Part shown: one piece after another, positions 29,146 through 39,730 of the stretch
Numbering within the stretch: the first letter of the stretch is position 1
Layout: each line of letters begins with the position of its first letter
Assembly (NCBI GenBank): GCA_945861225.1
Contig: CAMATU010000002.1
Span: forward strand, 1-61,313
Length of the DNA: 61,313 bases
Source of the DNA: Klebsiella pneumoniae
GTDB taxonomy: Bacteria > Pseudomonadota > Gammaproteobacteria > Ga0077536
Direction of reading: 5' to 3'
Notes under the pieces: model-generated
Told to the model about the DNA's origin: nothing
What the model saw: only the letters and a program-made list of their open reading frames with translations
Database searches by the model: none
Made by a program: the position numbers and the translations under genes

Positions 29146-31218
29146 TCACTCGCTGAGTTGCGCCAGCAACTGCAGTTGTGCGTCGCGCGTCTTCGCACCG
29201 GCTTTCAAGCGATGATAGCTACCATCGCTGTGCAGCGCCCACGCCCGGGTGTTGTCGCTCAGGTAAATTTCCAAGCCTTCTTTAATCACTCTTTCGCGCA
29301 ATCGCTTGTCTTCGAGCGGGAAGCACACTTCGATGCGATCAAAGAAATTGCGCCCCATCCAGTCCGCGCTTGAGAGATAGACTTCCTTGTCGTCATCGTT
29401 CTGAAAGAAGAACACTCGCGAATGTTCCAGAAAGCGCCCCACAATGGACCGCACGCGGATGTTATCGGACATCCCCTCGATTCCTGGGCGCAACGCACAC
29501 ACGCCGCGCACGATCAGATCAATTTTCACTCCGGCGCGGGACGCGTCGTAAAGCGCCTGAATGATCTTCACTTCAATTAGCGCGTTCATCTTGGCGATAA
29601 TCCGCGCCGGCCGACCCGCGCGTGCATGCGCGGCTTCCCGCGCGATTAAGGACAGCACGTGACTGTGCAACGTGAAGGGCGACTGCAGCAGTTTTTTGAG
29701 CTTGCCGGCGCGTCCAGGCGCGGTCAGCTGATGGAAGATTTTCTGGACGTCCATGCCGAGGGTGTTATCACAAGTGAATAAACCGAAATCGGTGTATTGC
29801 CGTGCGGTACGCGGATGGTAGTTGCCGGTCGCGAGGTGCACGTAGCGGCGCAGCTGTTTGCCTTCGCGGCGCAGCACCAGAATCATCTTGGCGTGGGTTT
29901 TAAAGCCCACCACACCGTACACCACATGCGCACCGGCTTCCTGCAGACGCGTCGCGAGTTCAATGTTTGCTTCTTCATCGAAGCGCGCTTTCAATTCAAC
30001 CACCACGGTGACTTCCTTGCCGGCGCGCGCCGCATCGACCAGAATTTTCGCAATCGGGGAATCCGGGCCGGTGCGATAAAGCGTTTGCCGAATCACCAGC
30101 ACGTCAGGATCTGCTGCGGCCTGGCGTAATAAATCGATGACGGGCGAGAAGGATTCAAAAGGATGGTGCAGCAGCAGATCGCCACGTCTGATGGCGGCGA
30201 AGACGTCCATGCCAAGCGGCAGGCGGCGCGGTCGGCTCGGGGTAAAGATTGGGAACTTGAGATCGGCGCGTTCGATCATGTCCGGCACTGCCATCAGGCG
30301 CGTTAAATTGACCGGGCCATGGCAGCGATAAATATCTTCAGGCGCCAGTTTGAACTCTTGCTGCAGCAGGCTAATCATCTCATTGGGGCAGTCATCCGCG
30401 ACCTCCAGGCGCACCGCATCACCAAAGCGGCGCTGATGCAGCTCACCCTCCAGCGCGTGCAATAAATCTTCGACATCTTCATCTTCCACGAATAGCTCGC
30501 TGTTGCGGGTCACGCGAAACTGATAACACCCGGTCACGCGCATGCCAGGAAAAAGATCTTCGACATGCGCGTGAATGATCGAGGACAGGAAAACGAACTC
30601 GTGCGGATCGGTGGCGAACTCAACTGGAATATTGATCACGCGGGGCAAGGCACGCGGCGCCTGGACAATTGCGATTGCGCTGTCGCGCCCGAAGGCATCG
30701 GTCCCTTCGAGGGAGACCAGGAAGTTCAAGCTCTTATTCAGGATGCGTGGAAACGGGTGTGAGGGATCGAGCCCAATGGGGCTCAGCACTGGCAGCAGTT
30801 CGCGATAGAAATGGCGTTTCACCCACTGGGCCTGCCGCGCGTTCCATTCCCCGCGCTTCAGAAAGTGAATACCAGCGGCCGCGAGCAGGGGGGTGAGTAC
30901 ACTGTTCAACACGTGGTACTGGTCCGTGACCAGCGCGTGGGTGATTTCACTGATGCGTTTCAACTGATCGCCGGGGCTCAGCTGATCAGGCCCCACCGGG
31001 GCGGATTGAAAGGCCACCTGTTCCTTCAGCCCGGCCACCCGAATCTCAAAAAACTCGTCTAAATTGCTGCTCGCAATGCACAGGAATCGCAAGCGCTCGA
31101 GCAGCGGGTTACTCTCATCCTTCGCTTGTTCGAGTACGCGCCGATTGAACTCGAGCAAAGACAGCTCGCGATTGATATAGAGCCGGGGGTCGGTGGCTTC
31201 TAAGGTTTTGGCATCCAT
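29146..31218 (-). CDS. ppk: Polyphosphate kinase 1
   Basis: 690 aa. INRELSLLEFNRRVLEQA, the autophosphorylation region GFKTHAKM, and PLD-like HSRVFFF. Confidence 0.95.
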   Translation of the reverse strand: MDAKTLEATDPRLYINRELSLLEFNRRVLEQAKDESNPLLERLRFLCIASSNLDEFFEIRVAGLKEQVAFQSAPVGPDQLSPGDQLKRISEITHALVTDQYHVLNSVLTPLLAAAGIHFLKRGEWNARQAQWVKRHFYRELLPVLSPIGLDPSHPFPRILNKSLNFLVSLEGTDAFGRDSAIAIVQAPRALPRVINIPVEFATDPHEFVFLSSIIHAHVEDLFPGMRVTGCYQFRVTRNSELFVEDEDVEDLLHALEGELHQRRFGDAVRLEVADDCPNEMISLLQQEFKLAPEDIYRCHGPVNLTRLMAVPDMIERADLKFPIFTPSRPRRLPLGMDVFAAIRRGDLLLHHPFESFSPVIDLLRQAAADPDVLVIRQTLYRTGPDSPIAKILVDAARAGKEVTVVVELKARFDEEANIELATRLQEAGAHVVYGVVGFKTHAKMILVLRREGKQLRRYVHLATGNYHPRTARQYTDFGLFTCDNTLGMDVQKIFHQLTAPGRAGKLKKLLQSPFTLHSHVLSLIAREAAHARAGRPARIIAKMNALIEVKIIQALYDASRAGVKIDLIVRGVCALRPGIEGMSDNIRVRSIVGRFLEHSRVFFFQNDDDKEVYLSSADWMGRNFFDRIEVCFPLEDKRLRERVIKEGLEIYLSDNTRAWALHSDGSYHRLKAGAKTRDAQLQLLAQLSE

Positions 31219-31320
31219 CTTCGATGAGACTCTTGCAACCTGACGGTGTTTCGCAGACTACGCAGACTGTTAAGATGCGCCGCCTGATTTCATTCAAGTA
31301 TAACGAGGAAAATCATTGAA

Positions 31321-32163
31321 ATGCGCGCTACTCGAACTGTCCCCGTCACGCCCCGTCGGCCAGCCACGCGTACGCAAGCAGAGCGCGCGGATCGCCACAA
31401 TTTGTACGAACGTTCGGTGCAGGATGCGGCGGCCGAAGTCGATTTCGTCACCCGCGAGTACCAACGGCTGCGTGGGCGCAATGCGCGTTTTCTGCGCGAG
31501 GATTTCTGCGGCACGGCCAGTGTCGCGACCACCTGGGTGCGCCGTCACCGCCAGCATCGCGCAATCGGCGTGGATCTCGATCCGTCGGTCCTGGCGTGGG
31601 GCGAGGCCCATCATGTAAGCAAGCTCTCGCGCGGCGAGCGCGGGCGTCTGACCCTGCTTAACGAAGATGTCATGCAGGCGAAGTCGCCACCGCAGGACGT
31701 ATTGCTCGCGATGAATTTCAGTTATTGGATCTTCAAAACACGCACCGCGCTGCGTGATTATTTTCGCGCCGCACACCGCGCCTTGGCCGCTGACGGCATG
31801 TTCATGCTCGATTGTTACGGCGGTTACGACGCTTTCCGTGTCCTTAAGGAGAAACGCGAGTTGCGCGGTTTCACCTATGTGTGGGATCAGGCGAGCTATA
31901 ACCCCGTAAACGGCGATCTGCGCTGCCACATCCATTTCCAAATGCCTGATCGCTCCTGGCTTAAGGAGGCATTTACCTATGATTGGCGGCTGTGGACGCT
32001 GCCGGAAATTCGCGAAGTGCTGGCAGAGGCGGGCTTTGCGCGTTCCATTGTGTACGGCCAGGGCTGGGATGCGGAGCAGCAGGATGGCGATGGTGATTAC
32101 CAGCCGATTGAAACGGCGGATCCGGACGCTGGCTGGATTGTGTATGTGGTGGCGCTCAAATAG
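31321..32163 (+). CDS. Class I SAM-dependent methyltransferase
   Basis: FLREDFCGTASV (motif I-like), AIGVDLD, DGMFMLDCYGG. The antisense 297-aa ORF is rejected. Confidence 0.75.
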   Translation: MRATRTVPVTPRRPATRTQAERADRHNLYERSVQDAAAEVDFVTREYQRLRGRNARFLREDFCGTASVATTWVRRHRQHRAIGVDLDPSVLAWGEAHHVSKLSRGERGRLTLLNEDVMQAKSPPQDVLLAMNFSYWIFKTRTALRDYFRAAHRALAADGMFMLDCYGGYDAFRVLKEKRELRGFTYVWDQASYNPVNGDLRCHIHFQMPDRSWLKEAFTYDWRLWTLPEIREVLAEAGFARSIVYGQGWDAEQQDGDGDYQPIETADPDAGWIVYVVALK

Positions 32164-32180
32164 GGTGGAGTGCAAGCGAA

Positions 32181-32198
32181 TCGTCATCTACTTGTCAC
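32181..32198 (+). promoter_or_regulatory. Pho box (PhoB site) upstream of pstS
   Basis: tCGTCATctacTTGTCAC is two 7-bp direct repeats with an 11-bp period, matching CTGTCAT-N4-CTGTCAY. It lies about 50 bp upstream of the pstS GTG, which has an AAGGAG RBS. Confidence 0.55.
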
Positions 32199-32246
32199 AA
32201 TTGGGACCAAGAATAGCCGGTGACATTCATATAAAGGAGAAGCAGT

Positions 32247-33260
32247 GTGCTGAGCTTGAAATTTAAGTTGAAACTCCAGCTGACGCAGTGGCTTGCCTTG
32301 CTCAGCGTCGCGTTGCTGCCCACCGCATGGGCCGCGTCACCGGGCGACGCGCTGGATGCTGGCTTGCGGGATTACGCCAAAACGAGTGGGGTTTCGGGCA
32401 ATCTTTCGAGCATCGGCTCGGATACGCTCGCCAATCTCATGACCCTGTGGGCCGAAGATTTCAAAAAGCTCTACCCGAATGTGAATGTGCAGATCCAGGC
32501 TGCGGGTTCGAGTACCGCGCCGCCGGCGCTCACCGAAGGCACGGCGAATCTGGGGCCAATGAGCCGGCAAATGAAGAGCGAAGAAGTCGCGGCCTTTGAA
32601 GGCAAGTATGGCTACAAGCCGACCGCCATCCCGGTGGCGGTCGATGCGTTGGCCGTGTTTGTCCATAAGGACAACCCCATTAAGGGGCTGTCGATTCCAG
32701 AAGTGGATGCGATTTTCTCCGCAACCCGGCTCTGTGGACACGACAAGTCACCCACCACCTGGGGTGATCTCGGCGTGCAGGGCGAACTGGCCAGCCAGGC
32801 GATTCAGCTGTTCGGACGCAATTCGGTTTCCGGCACCTATGGCTATTTCAAAGAATTTGCGCTGTGTAAGGGCGATTTCAAGAACACAGTGAATGAACAA
32901 CCGGGCTCGGCCTCAGTGGTACAAGGGGTGACCAAGTCGCTCAATGGCATCGGTTATTCGGGCGAAGGTTATCGCACCTCAGGGGTGAGAATGGTCTCGT
33001 TGGCGAAGAAAGCCGGCCAGGATTATGTCGAGCCGAGCAAGAAGAACGCCCTGTCTGGTAAGTACCCGCTCTCGCGTTTCCTTTTTGTTTATGTAAATAA
33101 GCAGCCGAATCAAGCGTTGCCGCCGCTGGAAACCGAATTCCTGCGCATGGTGCTCTCGAAGCTCGGCCAAACAACTGTAGTAAAGGATGGCTATATTCCG
33201 TTGCCCGCGAAGGTGGCCGACAAATACTTGAAATCAGTCCTGGGTGTTGATCCGAAATAG
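32247..33260 (+). CDS. pstS: Phosphate ABC transporter substrate-binding protein
   Basis: Signal peptide, then [39 protein letters not shown]. It is followed by pstCAB-phoU. Confidence 0.85.
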   Translation: MLSLKFKLKLQLTQWLALLSVALLPTAWAASPGDALDAGLRDYAKTSGVSGNLSSIGSDTLANLMTLWAEDFKKLYPNVNVQIQAAGSSTAPPALTEGTANLGPMSRQMKSEEVAAFEGKYGYKPTAIPVAVDALAVFVHKDNPIKGLSIPEVDAIFSATRLCGHDKSPTTWGDLGVQGELASQAIQLFGRNSVSGTYGYFKEFALCKGDFKNTVNEQPGSASVVQGVTKSLNGIGYSGEGYRTSGVRMVSLAKKAGQDYVEPSKKNALSGKYPLSRFLFVYVNKQPNQALPPLETEFLRMVLSKLGQTTVVKDGYIPLPAKVADKYLKSVLGVDPK

Positions 33261-33410
33261 CGCCTTGGTCCGCGCGGCAGCGCGGGGCTGAACAACCGCG
33301 CGGCGGCTTCCTTTCAGTCGGCGCGCGGTCATAATGCACCGCAGTTCGCAAGGGCAGATGCGCCGCGCGAGATCCCTCGCTGACCCGAAAAGCCAGATGC
33401 CGGAAACCCA

Positions 33411-35663
33411 GTGACTGAACCCGCCCTCTCCGCCCTCGCCAAGTCTGAACTCAGCAACCGGGGTTTCCGGATGCTCAAAGACAAGGTGTTCGGCGCCACG
33501 ATGGCGATCGGTGGCGTGACGGTTATCGTCGCTATCCTCACTATTTTCGTTTTCCTGGTGATGGTTGTACTGCCGCTTTTCCGCTCGGCGGCGGTGACGC
33601 CGCGCGGGACAGTGCCCTGGCCGGTGACAGAGGTCGCCCAATTCTCACTGAACGAATATGCGGATATTGGTTTCGTGCTCGCCCCGGACGGCAGCTACAG
33701 TTTTGTGGAAATCGCGACCGGCACGCCACTCGTCCACGGCAGCCTGATCCCAGCGCACGCGGCGCTCACCGCCATTAATGGCACCACCCGCAGCGCGCAG
33801 ACAATTGCCCTCGGCTTAGCGTCCGGTGAGGTCTTGCTCGCTAAACCCCGCTATCAGGAACGCTTTGAAGAGAATCGGCGAATCTCCAGCCCCGAAATTG
33901 CCTATCCGCTGGGCCCGGATCCGGTGCGTGCCGTGCCTGCCGGAAAAACCATTATCGCGCTGGCCGCCGAAGCGAGCGACGAAGGTGCCACCATTGCGGC
34001 GCTTGCCAATGATCACACGCTCTATCTCACGAATTACGCAAAGGTTGAATCCCTGCTAGAGGAAGAGGTGAGTTTCGAGGCGACCCAGGTGGTGATCGGG
34101 AAAATTGTCGAAAATCCAACCGTCATTGCACTCGATGTCGATCAGCAAGAACTCTATGTCATGACCGCCAACGGACGGGCGCGCTTTTTTGATATTCGCG
34201 ACAAGGAAGCGCCGCAACTCAGGGAAGAACCGCAGGTAGTACCGGCTGGCACTACCGTCACCGCAGTCGAATTTCTGAGCGGTGGCACCTCGCTTTTGAT
34301 TGGGGACAGCCGTGGTCGCGTGACGCAATGGTTTCCCGTGCGCGATAACGAGAACAACTACCGGCTGACGCACGTGCGTAGCTTTGGCAGCTTCGAACAC
34401 CCGATTAAAGTCATCCTGCCGGAGTACTTTCGTAAGGGTTTTGCGGCGATTGACACCAAAGGCACCTTGGGGCTGTTTCATACTACTGCCGAACGCACCT
34501 TGCTGATGCAAAGCGGGCTACTGACAGCGGCACCATTGGCGGCTGCGATCGCACCGCGCGCTGATGCGCTCGCCGTTTTGACCGCCACTCAAACCTTAGC
34601 CACGTTCAAAGTCCGCAACCGGCACCCCGAAGTTTCCTGGCATTCGCTATGGGGCAAAGTCTGGTATGAAGGCCGCAGCCAGACGGAATATATCTGGCAG
34701 TCGTCGTCTGCGAGCAGTGATTTCGAGCCAAAATTCAGCCTGACGCCGCTGACCTTTGGCACTATCAAAGCGGCCGTCTACGCCATGTTGTTTGCGATCC
34801 CCATTGCGGTACTTGGCGCGATCTATACCGCGTATTTCATGCAGCCACGTGTGCGAATGTTGGTGAAACCTTCGATCGAAATCATGGCGGCGTTGCCGAC
34901 CGTCATCCTGGGTTTCCTCGCCGGGTTGTGGCTCGCCCCCTTAATCGAAACGCATTTGATTGGCGTGTTGAGTGCAACGGCGTTGATGCCGTTCGCGATA
35001 TTCTGGGCGGCGTGGGGTTGGACGCGCCTGCCGGGTAAGCTCCGTCACCGGGTGCCGGAAGGGACAGAAGCAATTCTGTTGATCCCGATTGTGTGCGGTG
35101 TGCTGTGGATCACCATGACGATAAGCCAACCACTTGAGCAGTTGTTCTTTGGCGGCAACCTGCCGCGCTGGCTAAGCCAAGTGCTTGGGATTACCTACGA
35201 CCAGCGAAATTCGCTGGTGGTGGGGATCGCGATGGGGTTTGCGGTGATTCCAAATATTTACTCAATCAGCGAGGACGCAGTATTCGGTGTGCCGCGCCAG
35301 CTGAGTACTGGTTCGCTTGCGCTCGGCGCGACGCCCTGGCAGACCGTCACGCGAGTGGTGCTGTTAACCGCGAGCCCCGGGATTTTCTCCGCCATCATGA
35401 TTGGTCTCGGGCGCGCGGTGGGTGAGACGATGATCGTGCTGATGTCGACCGGCAACACGCCGATTATGGATCTGAATATATTCCAGGGTTTCCGTGCGCT
35501 GTCCGCCAATATTGCGGTCGAAATGCCAGAGTCCGAAGTGAACAGCACGCATTATCGCGTGTTGTTTCTCGCCGCACTGGTGCTGTTTGGGGTGACCTTC
35601 ATGTTCAATACCGTGGCCGAGATCGTGCGCCAGCGCCTGCGCACCAAGTACGGTAACTTGTAA
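33411..35663 (+). CDS. pstC: Phosphate ABC transporter permease PstC (long form with about 440-aa N-terminal extension)
   Basis: The C-terminal core has the EAA-type loop [18 protein letters not shown]; 750 aa. Confidence 0.85.
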   Translation: MTEPALSALAKSELSNRGFRMLKDKVFGATMAIGGVTVIVAILTIFVFLVMVVLPLFRSAAVTPRGTVPWPVTEVAQFSLNEYADIGFVLAPDGSYSFVEIATGTPLVHGSLIPAHAALTAINGTTRSAQTIALGLASGEVLLAKPRYQERFEENRRISSPEIAYPLGPDPVRAVPAGKTIIALAAEASDEGATIAALANDHTLYLTNYAKVESLLEEEVSFEATQVVIGKIVENPTVIALDVDQQELYVMTANGRARFFDIRDKEAPQLREEPQVVPAGTTVTAVEFLSGGTSLLIGDSRGRVTQWFPVRDNENNYRLTHVRSFGSFEHPIKVILPEYFRKGFAAIDTKGTLGLFHTTAERTLLMQSGLLTAAPLAAAIAPRADALAVLTATQTLATFKVRNRHPEVSWHSLWGKVWYEGRSQTEYIWQSSSASSDFEPKFSLTPLTFGTIKAAVYAMLFAIPIAVLGAIYTAYFMQPRVRMLVKPSIEIMAALPTVILGFLAGLWLAPLIETHLIGVLSATALMPFAIFWAAWGWTRLPGKLRHRVPEGTEAILLIPIVCGVLWITMTISQPLEQLFFGGNLPRWLSQVLGITYDQRNSLVVGIAMGFAVIPNIYSISEDAVFGVPRQLSTGSLALGATPWQTVTRVVLLTASPGIFSAIMIGLGRAVGETMIVLMSTGNTPIMDLNIFQGFRALSANIAVEMPESEVNSTHYRVLFLAALVLFGVTFMFNTVAEIVRQRLRTKYGNL

Positions 35664-37318
35664 TGCAACCAACGCTTCGAGAATGGGTCGCCAGCGGTAA
35701 CCCCTGGGTGTGGCTGACGGCCGGTACTGTGAGTCTCAGTTTGGTGATGGTGTTCGGTCTGTTGTTCCTAATCGCATTCAACGGGCTCGCGCACTTCTGG
35801 CCCAGCAAGGTTGCCGCGATCACGCTGGTGAATGCCAACGGCGAGACCGAGCACCTGCTGGGGGAGCTTGTCGACGACGAAATCGTCTCAGCGACCCGGG
35901 TGCGCGAAGCCGGTGGCACGGTGCCCGACGGTATGACGGTGGTGCGGCGCTATCTCATCAAGGTCGGCAACCGCGATGTCGATGCCAACGATTTTCGCTG
36001 GATTGCCGAAACCGAACTGAAGCACTTGGAATATCCAACCGACGCAATGGTGGTGGAACGCACGGAGTGGGGCAATTTTTATGGCTATCTCACCGACGTG
36101 CGCGAAGGCGAGACCGCACTCGCGTCGCCGGCACCGTGGGATGAGCTGGTCGCGCGCCTGGCGCGCAGCAACACATTAAAGGCCGAGCTGAAACGCCTCG
36201 AACGCAGCGAAATCGGGCATATCAATGCCGCCATGGAACGTCTGCGTTTGCAGGAACGAACACTCACCAAGGCGCACGATGTCGCTGGACTGAAGATCCT
36301 CGCGACCACACGCGCTGGACTCGACGCCGATTTCGCCAAGCTCAGCGCACGTCTGGCTGATCTCCACGCTGACGTGAAACGCGACGCGCTGCTGGTGAAA
36401 ACCATCAGCGACGAACCGCGTGTGGTGTCCTTCGACCAGGTCGTGCGGGTATTTCGCCCGAACGCCATGTCGTGGGGTGCAAAAGTCTGGCATTACTGTG
36501 TGAAGGTGGGTGAGTTCACCAGCGATGAGCCGCGCGAAGCGAATACCGAAGGCGGCGTATTCCCCGCCATTTTCGGCACCGTGCTGATGGTGATCGTGAT
36601 GTCGATTGTGGCGACACCGTTCGGCGTTGTCGCCGCAGTCTACCTGCGCGAGTATGCCAAGGCGGGCCCGATCACCAGTGCGATCCGGATCGCGGTGAAC
36701 AATCTGGCTGGCGTGCCGTCCGTGGTTTATGGCGTGTTCGGCTTTGGCTTTTTCGTGTACTTCCTGGGCGGTTCGATTGATCGCGCGTTCTTTGCAGACA
36801 AACTGCCCGCGCCGACGTTCGGCACCCCGGGCCTGCTGTGGTCCTCACTAACTCTCGCGATTCTCACTGTGCCGGTGGTGATCGTCGCCACCGAAGAAGG
36901 ACTCACGCGGATTCCGCGCGCGATCCGCGAGGGCAGTCTGGCCTTGGGCGCGACCAAAGCCGAGACGCTTTGGCGCACCGTGCTGCCGATGGCGACCCCG
37001 GCGATGATGACCGGCCTGATTCTGGCGGTCGCGCGCGCCGCGGGCGAAGTCGCGCCGTTGATGATGGTGGGCGTGGTTAAACTCGCGCCCTCGCTGCCGC
37101 TCGACGGTGAGTTCCCGTTTCTGCATCTTGATCGAAAATTCATGCATCTCGGTTTTCACATTTATGACGTAGGATTTCAAAGTCCGAATGTCGAGGCAGC
37201 GCGGCCGCTGGTCTATGCCACCGCGCTGTTGTTGGTCATCATTATCATGTCGCTCAACCTTGCCGCGATTCAGATCCGTAATCGCCTGCGTGAGAAGTAC
37301 AATGCAGCAGACCATTGA
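35663..37318 (+). CDS. pstA: Phosphate ABC transporter permease PstA (long form)
   Basis: [22 protein letters not shown] large loop follows the first transmembrane helix. Confidence 0.85.
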   Translation: MQPTLREWVASGNPWVWLTAGTVSLSLVMVFGLLFLIAFNGLAHFWPSKVAAITLVNANGETEHLLGELVDDEIVSATRVREAGGTVPDGMTVVRRYLIKVGNRDVDANDFRWIAETELKHLEYPTDAMVVERTEWGNFYGYLTDVREGETALASPAPWDELVARLARSNTLKAELKRLERSEIGHINAAMERLRLQERTLTKAHDVAGLKILATTRAGLDADFAKLSARLADLHADVKRDALLVKTISDEPRVVSFDQVVRVFRPNAMSWGAKVWHYCVKVGEFTSDEPREANTEGGVFPAIFGTVLMVIVMSIVATPFGVVAAVYLREYAKAGPITSAIRIAVNNLAGVPSVVYGVFGFGFFVYFLGGSIDRAFFADKLPAPTFGTPGLLWSSLTLAILTVPVVIVATEEGLTRIPRAIREGSLALGATKAETLWRTVLPMATPAMMTGLILAVARAAGEVAPLMMVGVVKLAPSLPLDGEFPFLHLDRKFMHLGFHIYDVGFQSPNVEAARPLVYATALLLVIIIMSLNLAAIQIRNRLREKYNAADH

Positions 37319-38198
37319 AGTGCCCAAACCGAACGCTGCGCGAGGAGAGGCAGTGGCAACAGCCAGTTCAGCGTCGACGCCAACACCTGGCGTGGATTTC
37401 CGCGCAGCCCGCGGCCATGCGCCGGAGGCGGCGCCGACTGTTACGCCGGAATGCCTGCGGGTGGAGAACCTGTCGCTGTACTACAGCGAGAAGCGCGCCC
37501 TGAACAACATCAATCTCGTCATCCCCGAAAAACGAGTCACCGCCTTCATTGGCCCCAGCGGCTGTGGCAAGTCCACCTTGCTGCGCAGTTTTAACCGCCT
37601 TAATGAGTTGATCCTCGGCGTGCGCACGGAGGGTTCAATCAAACTCAAGGGCGAGAACATCCTCGATCCCCGGGTGAATGTCGCAAATTTGCGCCGCCGG
37701 GTCGGGATGGTGTTTCAGAAGCCCAATCCGTTTCCGAAATCGATTTACGAAAACGTGGCCTATGGTTTGCGCATTCAGGGCGTGAAGAATCGGCGAACCC
37801 TTGATCGTGCGGTGGAGGAAGCGCTGCGGGCGGCGGCGCTGTGGGAGGAGGTGCGTGATCGCGTGCACGACAACGCGCTTGGTCTGTCCGGCGGGCAGCA
37901 GCAGCGGCTGGTCATCGCACGTGCCATCGCCATCGAACCCGAGGTGTTATTGCTGGATGAGCCGGCCTCTGCACTCGATCCAATCTCAACGCTCAAAATT
38001 GAAGAACTGGTCTACGAGCTGAAGCAGAACTATACAATTGTGATCGTTACCCACAACATGCAACAAGCTGCACGCGTGTCTGATCACACCGCGTTCATGT
38101 ATATGGGCGATCTGATCGAATTTGGCGAAACCAAAACGCTGTTCACCACGCCGCGCCAGAAGAAGACCGAAGACTACATCACCGGACGCTACGGTTAG
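37302..38198 (+). CDS. pstB: Phosphate ABC transporter ATP-binding protein
   Basis: Walker [10 protein letters not shown], signature LSGGQQQRL, and a C-terminal [13 protein letters not shown] 37302 overlaps the end of pstA. Confidence 0.9.
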   Translation: MQQTIEVPKPNAARGEAVATASSASTPTPGVDFRAARGHAPEAAPTVTPECLRVENLSLYYSEKRALNNINLVIPEKRVTAFIGPSGCGKSTLLRSFNRLNELILGVRTEGSIKLKGENILDPRVNVANLRRRVGMVFQKPNPFPKSIYENVAYGLRIQGVKNRRTLDRAVEEALRAAALWEEVRDRVHDNALGLSGGQQQRLVIARAIAIEPEVLLLDEPASALDPISTLKIEELVYELKQNYTIVIVTHNMQQAARVSDHTAFMYMGDLIEFGETKTLFTTPRQKKTEDYITGRYG

Positions 38199-38214
38199 CA
38201 CAGGAATCCACCCC

Positions 38215-38937
38215 ATGGTTATGTCGCGCACTCATCACATTTCGCAGCAGTTTGACAAAGAACTGGAAGATATCCGCTCGAAAGTGCTCGCGATGGGTGG
38301 CTTGGTGGAAGACTCCCTGACCCAGGTGCTCGAAGCGCTGTCGAAGACGGATCTCGAACTCGCCGAACAGATTGCCTCAAGCGACTATCAGGTGAACGAC
38401 ATGGAAGTGGCGATCGACGGTGAATGTACCGCGATTCTGCTGCGCCGGCAGCCGGCCGCAGGTGATCTGCGGCTGGTGCTCGCGGTGAGCAAGATCATTA
38501 CTGATCTGGAGCGGGTGGGCGACGAAGTAAAAAAGGTTGCGCGAATCGTCACCAATTTTGCGAATACCGGCAGCCCGCGCACGTACTACGTGGGCGTGCT
38601 CGCCATGGGCTACCACGTACGCCGCATGCTGCGTGCAGCGCTCGATGCCTTTGCGCGCATGGATTCACATGCCGCGCTTGACGTCGCCCAGGAAGACATG
38701 GAGGTCGATAAAGAACTTGAGGCAGTGATGCGCCAGCTCATTACCTACATGATGGAAGATCCGCGCAGCATTCGCCCAGTATTGGATGCCGTGCTCGCGG
38801 CGCGCGCCTTTGAGCGTATTGGCGATCACGCCGACAACATCTGCGAGAACGCGATTTTTCTGGTCGAAGGCAAGGACGTGCGTCACGTGGCGCGCGAGGA
38901 AGTGCGGCAGCAGCTGGCGCTTGGCAGAGGTGAGTAA
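38215..38937 (+). CDS. phoU: Phosphate signalling complex protein PhoU
   Basis: HISQQFDKELEDIRSKVLAMGG ... two DLERVGD / FERIGDHA repeats. Confidence 0.9.
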   Translation: MVMSRTHHISQQFDKELEDIRSKVLAMGGLVEDSLTQVLEALSKTDLELAEQIASSDYQVNDMEVAIDGECTAILLRRQPAAGDLRLVLAVSKIITDLERVGDEVKKVARIVTNFANTGSPRTYYVGVLAMGYHVRRMLRAALDAFARMDSHAALDVAQEDMEVDKELEAVMRQLITYMMEDPRSIRPVLDAVLAARAFERIGDHADNICENAIFLVEGKDVRHVAREEVRQQLALGRGE

Positions 38938-39000
38938 ATTTCTTCCACGCAGGGCTGGCTAACACGACAAGGCTAAGCCACGTGCTTTGATTTTATTACC

Positions 39001-39094
39001 GTAGGAGCGGCTTTAGCCGCGATGGGTGATTCAGTCCGTAGGGCGCCATCCGTCGTCAATCGTCGGATGACGCTAACGCTTATCCGACCTACGG
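39001..39094. repeat. Family-A unit plus a fourth palindromic repeat type (ccgtaggg...cggatgacgctaacgcttatccgacctacgg)
   Basis: Family A at 39001-39026. A hairpin-forming element bounded by ccgtagg / cctacgg at 39036-39094. Confidence 0.7.
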
Positions 39095-39261
39095 GAGACT
39101 AATATCCCACCCACGCGAAAAGCCATAGGAAGCGTAGACCAGTCTCCTCTTCCTGTGGCTCTTCACGTGGGTGGGCTTTTAGCGCCGCAATTTTGGATCG
39201 TTCTTGTATTCTCAGTGTCCTCCGTGCCTCCGTGGTCGTTTTTAATTTGAAAGGACGCGAC

Positions 39262-39729
39262 ATGCCAACCCTTAGCTTCGAACTCAATGGCCAGCCGGTG
39301 ACCACTAAAGCCGATGCAGAAATGCCCCTGCTCTGGTATCTGCGCGATCACGCTCACCTCACCGGCACCAAATACGGCTGCGGCATCGCGCAGTGCGGGG
39401 CGTGCACGGTGCACGTGAACGGCACTGCCACTCGCGCCTGTGTAACCCCACTCGCGGGCCTTGCTGGCGCGAAGATCACCACCATCGAAGGCCTCAGTGA
39501 TCCGGCAGGCTTGGCCGCTCAGCAAGCCTGGCAGACGCTTGATGTCGTGCAATGCGGCTATTGTCAGTCCGGGCAGATCATGAGCGCCGCGGCCCTGCTC
39601 GCGCAGAACAAAATGCCGAGCGACCAGGACATCGACAGCGCGATGCGCGGCAATCTCTGTCGTTGTGCGACTTACCAGCGGATTCGTGCGGCGATTCATC
39701 GCGCCGCCGAGAACTTGCAGGAAGCGTGA
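39262..39729 (+). CDS. (2Fe-2S)-binding small subunit of molybdopterin oxidoreductase (IorA/aldehyde oxidase-like)
   Basis: [18 protein letters not shown] and [10 protein letters not shown] ... [19 protein letters not shown] before ATG 39262. Confidence 0.85.
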   Translation: MPTLSFELNGQPVTTKADAEMPLLWYLRDHAHLTGTKYGCGIAQCGACTVHVNGTATRACVTPLAGLAGAKITTIEGLSDPAGLAAQQAWQTLDVVQCGYCQSGQIMSAAALLAQNKMPSDQDIDSAMRGNLCRCATYQRIRAAIHRAAENLQEA

Positions 39730-39730
39730 T

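Noticed and set aside
31294-32187. 297-aa minus-strand ORF covering the same DNA as the 31321-32163 methyltransferase
   Set aside because: I recognise no motifs and the composition is Arg/His/Ile-rich. The plus-strand frame carries clear SAM-methyltransferase motifs and coding-like third-position GC. This is a typical antisense artefact of GC-rich DNA.
33411-34750. The PstC N-terminal 440-aa extension as a separate fused gene or novel domain
   Set aside because: The ORF is continuous with no internal start or RBS signal, and long-form PstC proteins are known in other Gammaproteobacteria. It is noted only as a minor point within the Pst finding.
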